From contig CM022677.1 of NCBI GenBank assembly GCA_012295275.1, positions 27,900,001 through 27,964,000 of the forward strand: a stretch of DNA of 64,000 nucleotides, read 5' to 3'. The stretch comes from Chrysomallon squamiferum. Taxonomy: Eukaryota > Animalia > Mollusca. Position numbers and translations under genes: made by a program. This document shows positions 1-15,307 of the stretch, piece by piece; the stretch's first letter is position 1; each line of letters begins with the position of its first letter. The notes under the pieces were generated by a model, which did no database searches, was not told where the DNA came from, and was given only the letters and a program-made list of their open reading frames with translations.

Positions 1-2575
1 AAATGTACAAGTAAAGACTGTACGGTTGTTGTTAAATGTACAAGTAAACACTGTACTGTAGTTGTTAAACGTACAAGTAAACACTGTACCGTAACTGTTA
101 AATGTACAAGTAAACACTGTACTGTAGTTGTTAAATGTACAAGTAAACACTGTACTGTAGTTGTTAAATGTACAAGTAAAGACTGTACTGTAGTTGTTAA
201 ATGTACAAGTAAAGACTGTACTGTAGTAGTTAAATGTAAAAAGTAAAGACTGTACTGTAACTGTTAAATGTACAAGTAAACACTGTACTGTAACTGTTAA
301 ATGTACAAGTAAACACTGTACTGTAACTGTTAAATGTACAAGTAAACACTGTACTGTAACTGTTAAATGTACAAGTAAACACTGTACTGTAACTGTTAAA
401 TGTACAAGTGAACACTGTACTGTAGTTGTTAAATGTACAAGTAAACACTGTACTGTAACTGTTAAATGTACAAGTAAAGACTGTACTGTAGTTGTTAAAT
501 GTACAAGTAAAGACTTCACTGTAATTCTTAAATGTACAAGTAAAGACTTCAGTATAATTGTTAAATGTACAAGTAAAGACTGTACTGTAGTAGTTAAATG
601 TACAAGTAAAGACTTCAGTATAATTGTTAAATGTACAAGTAAACACTGTACTGTAACTGTCTAATGTACAAGTAAAGACTGTACTGTAGTTGTTAAATGT
701 AAAAGTAAACACTGTACTGTAACTGTTAAATGTACAAGTGAAGACTTTACTGTAACTGTTAAATGTACAATTGAAGACTGTACTGTAATTGTTAAATGTA
801 CAAGTGAAGACTGTACTGTAACTGTTAAATGTACAAGTAAAGATTGTACTGTAGTTGTGAAATGTACAAGTGAAGACTGTACTGTAACTGTTAAATGTAC
901 AAGTAAAGACTGCACTGTAGTTGTTAAATGTACAAGTGAAGACTGTACTGTAACTGTTAAACGTACAAGTAAACACTGTACTGTAACTGTTAAATGTACA
1001 AGTAAAGACTGCACTGTAGTTGTTAAATGTACAAGTAAAGACTGTACTGTAGTTGTTAAATGTACAAGTAAAGACTGAACTGTAACTGTTAAATGTACAA
1101 GTAAAGATTGTACTGTAACTGTTAAATGTACAAGTAAAGATTGTACTGTATTTGTTAAATGTACAAGTAAACACTGTAGTGTTACTGTTAAATGTACAAG
1201 TAAAGACTGTACTGTAGTTGTTAAATGTACAAGTAAAGACTGTACTGTAGTTGTTAAATGTACAAGTAAACACTGTACTGTAACTGTTAAATATACAAGT
1301 AAAGACTGTACTGTAGTTGTTAAATGTACAAGTAAAGACTGTACTGTAGTTGTTGAATGTACAAGTAAACACTGTACTGTAACTGTTAAATATACAAGTA
1401 AAGACTGTACTGTAGTTGTTAAATGTACAAGTAAAGACTGTACTGTAGTTGTTAAATGTACAAGTAAACACTGTACTGTAACTGTTAAATGTACAAGTAA
1501 TGACTGTACTGTAACTGTTAAATGTACAAGTAAAGACTGTACTGTAGTTGTTAAATGTACAAGTAAAGACTGTACTGTAGTTGTTAAATGTACAAGTAAA
1601 CACTGTACTGTAACTGTTAAATGTACAAGTAAAGACTGTACTGTAGTTGTTAAATCTACAAGTAAACACTGTACTGTAATTGTTAAATGTACAAGTAAAG
1701 ACTGTACTGTAGTTGTTAAATGTACAAGTAAAGACTGTACTGTAGTTGTTAAATGTACAAGTAAACACTGTACTGTAGTTGTTAAATGTACAAGTAAAGA
1801 CTGTACTGTAGTTGTTAAATGTACAAGTAAACACTGTACTGTAACTGTTAAATGTACAAGTAAACACTGTACTGTAGTTGTTAAATGTACAAGTAAACAC
1901 TGTACTGTAGTTGTTAAATGTACAAGTAAAGACTGTACTGTAGTTGTTAAATGTACAAGTAAACACTGTACTGTAACTGTTAAATGTACAAGTAAAGACT
2001 GTACTGTAGTTGTTAAATCTACAATTAAACACTGTACTATAACTGTTAAATGTACAAGTAAAGACTGTACTGTTGTTGTTAAATGTACAAGTAAAGACTG
2101 TACTATAACTGTTAAATGTACAAGTAAAGACTGTACTGTAGTTGTTAAATGTACAAGTAAAGACTGTACTGTAGTTGTTAAGTCTACAAGTAAAGACTGT
2201 ACTGTAGCTGTTAAATGTACAAGTAAAGACTGTACTGTAGTTGTTAAATGTACAAGTAAAGACTGTACTGTAGTTGTTAAATGTACAAGTAAACACTGTA
2301 CTGTTGTTGTTAAATGTACAAGTAAAGATTGTACTGTAGTTGTGAAATGTACAAGTGAAGACTGTACTGTAACTGTTAAATGTACAATTGAAGACTGTAC
2401 TGTAATTGTTAAATGTACAAGTGAAGACTGTACTGTAACTGTTAAATGTACAAGTAAAGATTGTACTGTAGTTGTTAAATGTACAAGTAAACACTGTACT
2501 GTAGTTGTTAAATGTACAAGTAAAGACTGTACTGTAATTATTAAATGTACAAGTAAAGACTGGACTGTAGTTGAT
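1..2575. repeat. 33-bp minisatellite (AAATGTACAAGTAAAGACTGTACTGTAGTTGTT)n inside intron 3 of long gene L1
   Basis: Clear 33-bp period. It ends just before acceptor TTTTTCCAG at 2637. The same array occupies the equivalent intron of L2 (27610-30595). Confidence 0.97.
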
Positions 2576-2637
2576 GAATTTAAAAGTATATTGTACTACA
2601 GAGAGACATAATTCTGTGTATGATGAATTTTTTCCAG

Positions 2638-4961
<2,324 letters not shown>

Positions 4962-5036
4962 ACATATGTATCAGTATGTAACCAACCACTCAGTGACACA
5001 TAACAGCTGAATCGTGTATTTGTCCTATTAGCAGAA

Positions 5037-5346
5037 ACACACACACACACACACACACATACACACACACACATACACACTCACACACACACACACACAC
5101 TCACATACACACACTCACATACACACACACACACATACACACACACACACACTGAGGAAAAAATATTAAAAATGTTCAATAAAGATTGTCTAACTGTGAC
5201 AGTGCCTTCAGTGTTGAATATCTAAACAAGCTACATTTTTATCAACTGAAAGTCTGCCTACTATTAACTATTTGCCTATCTACTTACCTAGTAATTATGG
5301 ATTTTAACATTTCTGAACAATAATAATAATAATAATAATGATAACG

Positions 5347-5382
<36 letters not shown>

Positions 5383-5490
5383 TTGATAATAATAATCATA
5401 CTAATTATAATAATGATGATGTTGATAATAATAAAAATAATAATATAAATAAATAATAATAATAATAATAAAAATGATAATAAAAATAAA

Positions 5491-5540
<50 letters not shown>

Positions 5541-5569
5541 CAATGATCATAATGATAATGATAATAATG

Positions 5570-5616
<47 letters not shown>

Positions 5617-6510
5617 CATAATCATAATAATGATGATAATAATAATAATTGTGAGATAAGATGTTAAAGTACGTCTGAATGGTCGAATGGTGACGTTGTC
5701 CGCCTTCACGAAAGATAAAAATCGTGGCGAGCTTTGGGGGAAGTTGTCACTGGACTTTGTCGTTCTGCGCCTGCGCGTTCTCGAATACTGTGTCTGTGCA
5801 GAGTCTGTTCACACGCACACACACAAACCGAGTCATACACAGACAGAGACACACACAGACACGCATACACACGCACACACACAGACACACACACACACAG
5901 ACACAGACACACACACACACTCACACACACAGGCACACACACAGACACGCACACACACGCACACACACAGACACCCACACAGACACGCACACAGACGCAC
6001 ACACACACACAGAGGCACGCGCACACTCAGACACAGAGACACACACCCACTCACACAGACACGCACACACACACAAACACGCACACACACAACACAAACA
6101 CGTACACAACAACACACGCGCACACTCAGACACAGAAACACGCACCCACCCACAGAGACACAGGCACACACACATAGACACACACAACACAAAAACGCAC
6201 ACACACAGACACATACACAGAGACATACACACACAGACGCACACATACGCACACAGTGAGACACACGCACTCTCACACAGACACACACAAACACGTTCAC
6301 ACACAGGAATACGCACACAAACAGACACGCACACACACATTGAGACACACGCACACTCACACAGTCACACAGAAACACACACGCACAGACAGAGAAACAC
6401 ACACACGCACACACAGACACACACAGAGAGACACACACAACAAACGCCCCCGCGAACACACACGCACGCACACACAGACACACAAACACACATACACACA
6501 GACACACACA
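5037..6510. repeat. Simple-repeat block: (CA)n, (AAT)n, degenerate CA-rich
   Basis: CA at 5037-5150, AAT at ~5318-5650, CA-rich at ~5810-6510. Duplicated at ~33237-35330. Confidence 0.9.
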
Positions 6511-6856
6511 TTCACCCTCTCTCTAACTGAAAATGATATTATTTCAATATTTTTACTTTTTATCGTAAATCTCTATCTCACTCTTTTTGTGTATGGGTGC
6601 GTGCTTGAGTTAGTGTGTGTGTGTGCGTGTGTTTGTGTGAGTATGCATTTGTGTATATAAATATATGCGTATACAAAGACAGAAACAAAAATTATTCTAC
6701 TGACACACAAATCTACTTCAGTCGGTAACTTTGAAACGTACAAATGTTCTTTTCAACGTACTTTCCTACACAGGACATTTTGATGAAATTAATCATTTGG
6801 TTTCTTAATGAAATCTATATTCCTAAAAAAGAGGGAGGGAGGGAGGAGGGAGAGAG

Positions 6857-6906
<50 letters not shown>

Positions 6907-7139
6907 ATACACAAATCTAGGTTTCGTGCACGCGTACAATTTCTCTGCCGTGAAGGACGTTTCACGAAAACTGATTTAGAAAACCGGCCACTGACACATT
7001 TTAATACCGCGACAGACTTTCAGTTAATTAAACAGTATATCAGAGAAACAGGGTTTTATTTCAGCAGCAGTTTTAACAGTTATTTACAGATACCAGGAAT
7101 TATGGGAATCGACCTGCCTCTCAATGTTCATCATATTAG

Positions 7140-9160
7140 GGATGCATACAGTAGTAGTAGCAGATGTCATACATACAGTAGTGGTAGTAAATGGTGTCAT
7201 ACATACAGTAGTATTAGTAGTAGATGTTGTAATACATACGGTAGTAGTAGTAGATGTAATACATACAGTAGTAGTAGTAGATGTTGTCATACATACAGTA
7301 GTAGTAGTAGATGTTGTCATACATACAGTAGTAGTAGTAGATGTTGTCATACATACAGTAGTAGTAGTAGATGTTGTCATACATACAGTAGTAGTAGTAG
7401 TAGCAGATGTCATACATACAGTAGTAGTAGTAGATGTTGTCATACATACAGTAGTAGTAGTAGATGTTGTCATACATACAGTAGTAGTAGTAGATGTTGT
7501 CATACATACAGTAGTAGTAGTAGATGTTGTCATACATACAGTAGTAGTAGTAGATGTTGTCATACATACGTAGTAGTAGTAGATGCTGTGATACATATAG
7601 TAGTAGTAGTAGATGCTGTGATACATATAGTTGTAGTAGTAGATGTCATACATACAGTAGTAGTAGTAGTAGATGTTGTGATAGTACAGTAGTAGTACTA
7701 GATGTTCTGATACACACAAAAGTAGATGTTCTGATACATACAGTAGTAGTAGTAGTAGATGTTGTGAGACATTCAGTAGTAGCAGTAGATGTTATGATAC
7801 ATACAATAGTAGCAGTAGATGCTGTGAGACATTCAGTAATAGTAGAGATGTTGTGAGACATTCAGTAGTAGTAGTAGATGTTGTGATACATGTAGCAGTA
7901 GTAGTAGATGTTCTCATACATGTAGTAGTAGTAGATGTTGTGATACATGTAGTAATAGTAGATGTTGTGATACATGTAGTAGTAGTAGATGTTGTGATAC
8001 ATACAGTAGTAGTAGTAGATGTGATACATACAGTAGTAGTAGATGTTGTGAGACATTCAGTAGTAGTAGTAGATGTGATACATACAGTAGTAGCAGTAGA
8101 TGTTTTCATACATATAGTAGTAGTAGATGTTGTGGTACATGTAGTAGTAGTAGTAGATGTTGTCACACATTCAGTAGTAGTAGTAGATGTGATACATACA
8201 GTAGTAGCAGTAGATGTTTTCATACATATAGTAGTAGTAGATGTCACACACACAGTAGTAGTAGATGTTGTGAGACATTCAATAGTAGCAATAGATGTCG
8301 TGAGACATACAGTAGTAGTAGTAGTAGATGTGATACATACAGTAGTAGTAGTAGATGTTGTGATACTTAGAGTAGTAGTAGATGTTGTGATACATACAGT
8401 AGTAGTACATGTTGTGATATATAGAGTAGTAGTAGCAGATGTTGTGATACATACAGTAGTAGTAGTAGATGTTGTGAGACATTCAGTAGTAGTAGTAGAT
8501 GTGAGATATACAGTAGTAGTAGTAGATGTTCTGAGATATATACAGTAGTAGTAGTAGATGTTGTGAGACATACAGTAATAGTAGTAGATGTTGTGATACA
8601 TACAGTAGTAGTAGCAGATGTTGTGATACATACAGTAGTAGTAGTAGATGTTGTGATACATAGAGTAGTAGTAGATATTGTGAGACATTCAGCAGTAGTA
8701 GTAGGTGTCATACATACAGTAGTAGTAGTAGATGTTGTGATACAGTAGTGGTAGTAGATATTGTGAGACATTCAGTAGTAGTAGTAGGTGTCATACATAC
8801 AGTAGTAGTAGTAGTAGTAGTTGTTGTGATACATACAGCAGTAGTAGTAGTAGGTGTCATACATACAGTAGTAGTAGTAGTAGGTGTTGTGATACATACA
8901 GTAGTAGTAGTAGATGTTGTGAGACATTCAGTAGTAGTAGTAGGTGTCATACATACAGTAGTAGTAGTAGTAGATGTTGTGATACATACAGTAGTAGTAG
9001 TAGATGTTGTGAGACATTCAGTAGTAGTAGTAGGTGTCATAATACAGTAGTAGGAGTAGTAGATGTCATACATACAGTAGTAGTAGTAGTAGATGTTGTG
9101 ATACATACAGTAGTAGTAGTAGATGTTGTCATACATACAGTAGTAGTAGATGTTCTGATG
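7140..9160. repeat. ~30-bp minisatellite (CATACATACAGTAGTAGTAGTAGATGTTGT)n
   Basis: Tandem period with variable (GTA)n. It lies where exon 3 of S1 would be expected. Confidence 0.93.
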
Positions 9161-9180
9161 AGAGAGAGAGGTTTACTTAC

Positions 9181-9827
9181 ATTGTGCTTGACAGACACTA
9201 AGACTTTTCTCTAAACAATCGATTTCCTTTTGTAGCAGTATCATTCTGTATCGACATTTAAATAAAGCATTAATACTGAGAAGCTGAATATTATTTCAAG
9301 AAAGTACTGAAATTGTACATACATGTCTTAATACAAACATTTATAAAACTTTATAATGAAAAAGAATAGAAAAACGTTTTCCGTTTCGGAATTAATATCA
9401 CAAATTTTAAATTCAAACTCTGATTATTGGCTTTTGTAAAAAGAACTTGAGATATTAGCTTGAAACTAATTTAAATCAAAACGTTAAACTGTAACATTAA
9501 TGCAAGATAAAAGTGTATAATAGAGTTATCAAAGTAATTTTTACAGTGACTCTCTCTCAAGCTAAACATATTACACAACAACAACATTATTCAATAGAAA
9601 ATTCGAACTTTAATTAGAAGAATAAAAAATAGTTAAGATACTAAACATATTTTAGACCAGTCGAGTGTAAGTATTATTGTTGAAACAGAATGGTTCGTGC
9701 ACATAATGATACAAATGAATTGTTCTCACCTGTACAGACATTTCTTGTCATCTTTGTGATATTCCCAAGTTTCTGAGAGCTGGAAGAAAACGGATACAGT
9801 GAAGACTAATAAGCAAATCAGCTTCAT
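9181..9827 (-). pseudogene. S1: truncated short-form gene (exons 1-2 only)
   Basis: Exon 1 at 9827-9730 reads MKLICLLVFTVSVFFQLSETWEYHKDDKKCLYR. Exon 2 at 9245-9181 reads MILLQKEIDCLEKSLSVCQAQ. Splice sites are intact. I found no sushi exon downstream; a satellite follows a short CT tract. Confidence 0.75.
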
Positions 9828-10379
9828 CTTGAAGAAAAGTGTTGTGACTATAGAGCAAGCAGTTCACTTATTTATACACAAAATAAATTCTTAATTAATA
9901 TAAAATAAATTATGAACAGTTTGAGTTCTGTCAGTCAGTTTGGTTATTAACACGTGTTGTTGTTGTAAAATTAGTTTGAAGACAGCGATCACACAGAAAA
10001 TAAAAACAGTTTGACTTCCTCTCATTCCGTATCTACTGGTACCTCAAAACTGTACGTGTCATTTTGATAAAATTTTGTTGATTCTGTTAGAAAGAGAAAA
10101 ATTAAAGTTATTAACAACCACAGTAACAACAACAACAACTGCTGCTATTAGCTGAAGAATTAAAACGCTAAGTAGATTATTTTTGCTAATGCTGCAACTA
10201 CTACCACTACTTCAACTAATCATATTTTACTGCTGTCAGTAACACTGTATTTATTTATTTATTTATTTGACTTACCAAATAGGTGTCTATGTATGAACTT
10301 ACATACGTGATATACAAAATTATAAATTAAATATACACGGGTACTTGTGGTAGTGTTATTAGTAGAAACATGAGTAGTA

Positions 10380-10600
10380 ATGAAACTGGTAGAAATAGTA
10401 GAAGTAATAGTAATAGTAATATTGCCAGTTGAGTAAAAGTAATAGTAAGAGTAATATTGCTAGTTGAGTAAAGTAATAGTAAGAGTAGTATTGCTAGTTG
10501 AGTAAAAGTAATAGTAAAAGTAATATTGCTAGTTGAGTAAAGTAATAGTCAGAGTAATATTGCCAGTTGAGTAGTAGTAACAGTAATAGTAATATTGGCA
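10380..10600. repeat. ~34-35-bp GTAATAGTAAGAGTAATATTGCCAGTTGAGTA-type repeat
   Basis: Tandem copies. Same unit at ~47640-48070, ~50800-50900 and ~55070-55170. Confidence 0.85.
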
Positions 10601-11777
10601 GTTGAAAATGTTTAAAATATTGATTATTGCTGATTTTGTTTTTGTTTCAGCCTCGACCAGAACTAATAACAAGTAGGAGTTCTCTAGATATAATTGTAAA
10701 TAGCAAATAAAATCAACTCAAACTGATTTTAGTTTAAAGACTGTTTTTGATTCACAGAGAATTGGCTTTGTTCATACACAAATGAAGTAGATTATGAACA
10801 GATTCAGTTCTGTCACGTAATTTGGTTGTTCTTCTGTTCACACACAAAAGAAAATGTTAAATAATTTGCAATAAACTATGAACAGATTTAGTTCTGTCAC
10901 ATAATTTGCTTTTTCCTCTGTTCATACTCAAAAGAAAATGTTAAATAATTTACAATCAAGTATGAACAGATTCAGTTCTGACGGGTGACCTTGGCTATTA
11001 ACATTTGTCGTTGTTGTAAAATTAGCTTGAAGACAGAAATCAAAGAAAATAAAACAAAAACTGTTTGACAGCCGCTCATTTTAATCCAGTTTTATAACAA
11101 AACTACACATGTCATTCTAATTAACGGTTTCTAATTCAGAGTGAAAAAGAAAAGCAACAACATCACTTCTAAAATACTCACTGCTCCTACTAGGATAGCA
11201 ACTACCATTACTACTATTGCTGTTACAACAACTACTACTACTGTCTCATAACAGAGACAGGACGTGAAAATTAAAAATAAATCCAAACTTCTACGTCATT
11301 AAAACTGTTGATTTGTGTATAAGAAATTATTATGTGATATTTTAGTGATGAAGACTGCAGACTGATTTACTGGTAGATCGCTGGACACGAGTTGAACTCA
11401 GCAATGTTTAAATTAAACACAGTTTGATCTGTCGTCATTTGCTAATCACAGTTACATCTACACAACACGTGTCTGTAATTATCTGTAGCCAAGGCTGAAA
11501 CATTATTCTACCTAACAACAATTAATGAAAATCACACGTGTAGTCTTCATATATCTGTATATATCAACTAGTGAATAAGAAATTATTATCAGATATTTGA
11601 GTGACGAACACATTTAACTGCTCATTTCAAGACCCTCGTTGATTTAGAGGTCAAACGCTGGGACACGAGCTCAAGTCCACAGTCTTCAAATTAAAACAGT
11701 TTGAGTTGTGTTAATTTCATATTTACTGTTATACCCACACAACACGTGTCTATAATTGTCTGCAGTCAGGGCTGGAA

Positions 11778-12420
11778 GAGGTAAACTCTGGGACACGAGT
11801 TGAACACATCAGTCTTCAACCTGAAAACAGTTTGACTTCTCTTAATTTCATATTTACTGTTATATCTACACAACACATGTCTATAATTATCTGCAGTCAA
11901 GGCTGCAAGAGGTAAACTCTGGGACACGAGTTGAACACATCAGTCTTCAACCTGAAAACAGTTTGACTTCTCTTAATTTCATATTTACTGTTATATCTAC
12001 ACAACACATGTCTATAATTATCTGCAGTCAAGGCTGCAAGAGGTAAACTCTGGGACACAAGTTGAACACATCAGTCTTCAACCTGAAAACAGTTTGACTT
12101 CTCTTAATTTCATATTTACTGTTATATCTACACAACACATGTCTATAATTATCTGCAGTCAAGGCTGCAAGAGGTAAACTCTGGGACACGAGTTGAACAC
12201 ATCAGTCTTCAACCTGAAAACAGTTTGACTTCTCTTAATTTCATATTTACTGTTATATCTACACAACACATGTCTATAATTATCTGCAGTCAAGGCTGCA
12301 AGAGGTAAACTCTGGGACACGAGTTGAACACATCAGTCTTCAACCTGAAAACAGTTTGATTTCTCTTAATTTCATATTTACTGTTATATCTACACAACAC
12401 GTGTGTACAATTATGTATAA
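11778..12420. repeat. 131-bp tandem repeat (5 copies) of the AACAGTTTGA...CAC[G/A]TG module
   Basis: GAGGTAAACTCTGGGACAC recurs at 11778, 11909, 12040, 12171 and 12302. Confidence 0.93.
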
Positions 12421-12461
12421 AGCTAATTTTCACTTCGTCATTGCTGCAACAATTACTTTGC

Positions 12462-12960
12462 AAACGTCAGAAATACACAGACACAACTGAAAACGTGATT
12501 ACACGATACCAAGTCAGGGAAATGTAACAAACAAACGTCAGAAATACACAGACACAACTGAAAACGTGATTACACGATACCAAGTCAGTTAAATGTAATA
12601 CTCAAACGTCAGAAATACACAGACACAACTGAAAACGTGATTACACGATACCAAGTCAGTTAAATGTAACAAACAAACGTCAGAAATACACAGACACAAC
12701 TGAAAACGTGATTACACGATACCAAGTCAGTTAAATGTAACAAACAAACGTCAGAAATACACAGACACAACTGAAAACGTGATTACACGATACCAAGTCA
12801 GTTAAATGAAACAATCAAACGTCAGAAATACACAGACACAACTGAAAACGTGATTACACGATACCAAGTCAGTTAAATGTAACAAACAAACGTCAGAAAT
12901 ACACAGACACAACTGAAAACGTGATTACACGATACCAAGTCAGTTAAATGTAACACTCAA
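12462..12960. repeat. 71-bp tandem repeat (~7 copies)
   Basis: Unit AAACGTCAGAAATACACAGACACAACTGAAAACGTGATTACACGATACCAAGTCAGTTAAATGTAACAAAC. Confidence 0.93.
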
Positions 12961-13509
12961 AAGTCTGCTGAGAGGAAACTGATTTATATTTCAATCGTCG
13001 GGAAACCAGTTGAACTCAGGAGTCTGTAGATTAAAACGTGTTTGAGTTGTGTTCATTTGGTATTTACAGTTAAATCTAGGCAACACGTGTATATAGTCAA
13101 TGTATTCTGGTCAATGTGGAATCAAGAACGAAATACCTGTTACTACTGCTTCTATTATAACAACACTACCACTAATACCCGTATATATTTTGTTTTTATT
13201 TGTTTATAGCATGTATGTATTCATAGAGAGATATGTAGTTAATAAGTAATAGAAAGGAATAAATAAACAGTAGCAGTTCCAGTACTGATAATAGTAGAAA
13301 TCGGGTGTAATTACTAACAGCAGTAACATTATGAATAGTGGAAGTAGTGGTAGTAGTAAAAACAGACGTCATAGTAAGAGAAGTATTTCCTCCATTAATC
13401 CTAGTAGTTGTTGTTGTTGTTGTTGTTTGTCATACTCTGTAGTACTGTATATTTGTCATTGTAATTTTAGTTTTTCTCTTTCTAATTGAATTAACACTAA
13501 TTAATCCGA

Positions 13510-13744
13510 ATGACACGTGTAGTTTTGATATACCAGTAGATACGGAAAGAGAGGAAGTCAAACTGTTTTTGTTTTCTGTGTGATTGCTGTCTTCAAACTA
13601 ATTTTACAACAACAACACGTGTTAATAACCAAACTGACTGACAGAACTCAAACTGTTCATAATTTATTTTATATTAATTAAGAATTTATTTTGTGTATAT
13701 ATAAGTGAACTGCTTGCTCTATAGTCACAATACTTTTCTTCAAG
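13510..13744 (+). promoter_or_regulatory. Conserved family promoter: two CACGTG/TCAAACTGTT modules plus TATA box
   Basis: TATA-like TATATATAA at 13696-13704, ~50 bp before the ATG. A closely similar block precedes every exon 1 (e.g. TATAAATA at 25903 and 41881). Confidence 0.7.
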
Positions 13745-14387
13745 ATGAAGCTGATTTGCTTATTAGTCTTCACTGTATCCGTTTTCTTCCAGCTCTCAGA
13801 AACTTGGGAATATCACAAAGATGACAAGAAATGTCTGTACAGGTGAGAACAGTTCATTTTTATCATTGTGTGCACGAACCATTCTGTTTTAAGAATAATA
13901 CTTACACTGGACTGCTCTAAAATATTTGTTAATGAAATAGTCGAATAACTTAATTATTTTTTGTTCTTGCAATTAAACTACGAATTTTCTATTGAAGAAT
14001 GCTGGTATGTTTATTTCGAGAGAGAGTAAGGGCAAAAATTCTATTATGATTGTATTTTATAATTTGTTTTCACATTAAAGATATCGTTTCATGTTTTGTT
14101 TTAAATCATGATTGCCCCAAATTTCAATGTAATATCTCACGTAGTTTCTAAAACAATCAACGTTTACATTCAAAAATGCTATATTCTTTTTTCTGTTTTT
14201 TAAATATAGTTTTATAAATATTTTTCTTGAGATAGGTATATAAAAATTCAGTACTGTTTTTTGAAATAAAATGCACCTTCTGAGTATTAATGCATTATTT
14301 AAATTACAGAATGATACTGCTACAAAAGGAAATCGATTGTTTAGAGAAAAGTCTTAGCGTCTGTCAAGCACAATGTAAGTAAACATC

Positions 14388-14470
<83 letters not shown>

Positions 14471-14716
14471 CCTAGCATTGATGATAATCCGATTAAATTT
14501 TCTTTTTATTTGTATAACACAGATGACTGTGGTACACCAACAGCTGTGGACGACGGTGTGTTTTCTTTCACATCATCTACACCAGGTAGCACTGCGACGT
14601 TCAGCTGTAGTAATCCTTATATACGGACTGGGACAATCAATGAGATAACTTGTCAGCAGACAGGACTGTGGACGTCAATTGATGGAGGTTGTGAATTATC
14701 TGAACCAGATCGATGA
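13745..14716 (+). CDS. S2: short-form secreted protein (signal peptide, Cys-capped coiled coil, one sushi/CCP domain), 118 aa
   Basis: Exons 13745-13842, 14310-14374 and 14523-14716, phases 2 and 1, GT-AG. Exon 3 reads YDCGTPTAVDDGVFSFTSSTPGSTATFSCSNPYIRTGTINEITCQQTGLWTSIDGGCELSEPDR*, matching the CCP pattern C-xx-P...G...GS.A.F.C...Y...G...ITC...G.W.....C. Confidence 0.9.
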
Positions 14717-14861
14717 GAGATCGAAGTCTTCACTTCCAGTGAGTCTCTCGAATCACTGGAATCCGTCTTCACAGAACATAGTGTATCTAGTCAACTAATA
14801 AAACACGATATCAGTAAACATATACTTCTGAATCAGAAACGCACATAATTATAAATAAACA

Positions 14862-14898
<37 letters not shown>

Positions 14899-15008
14899 TA
14901 TTGAAACATAGGAACCAGTGTAGTTTTCCTATAGCACACATATTCACATATACCTTTATATATGCATACACATACATACGTACATATACATGCATACACA
15001 TACATACG

Positions 15009-15080
<72 letters not shown>

Positions 15081-15265
15081 AGTATATTTAAACTGAAATA
15101 AAGATTATATAAATAGTGTTGTTCTTCTTTGTTTTATATCTGAAGCAGCTACATATGTATTAGCTTAACTACCAATCTGCATTCCTACTACTAGATATAT
15201 AAGTACAAACTGAGCAACATACGTACCTATCTCCTTGCCTAAACACTCTTACACACAGACACACA

Positions 15266-15307
<42 letters not shown>

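Noticed and set aside
230-2494. 754-aa ORF of FTCTFNNYSTV repeats (TCT motif superficially like insect antifreeze proteins), and similar ORFs at 27749-30547
   Set aside because: It follows from a stop-free 33-bp period. It has no ATG or leader, is intronic, and the paralogous array is broken by frameshifts.
5304-9136. Poly-I/L, HT/CV and VVVVD/TTTT/YYYY ORFs
   Set aside because: Translations of (AAT)n, (CA)n and GTA-rich satellites, open in several frames.
9915-10060. V(D)J-type recombination signal interpretation of the spaced motifs
   Set aside because: No CACAGTG/ACAAAAACC consensus, the motifs lie upstream of promoters rather than abutting coding segments, and no recombinase is in the window.
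11778-12960. Regular 131-bp and 71-bp arrays (also the 55-bp array at 50995) as CRISPR-like
   Set aside because: Whole units repeat with no unique spacers, there are no cas genes, and the context is eukaryotic.
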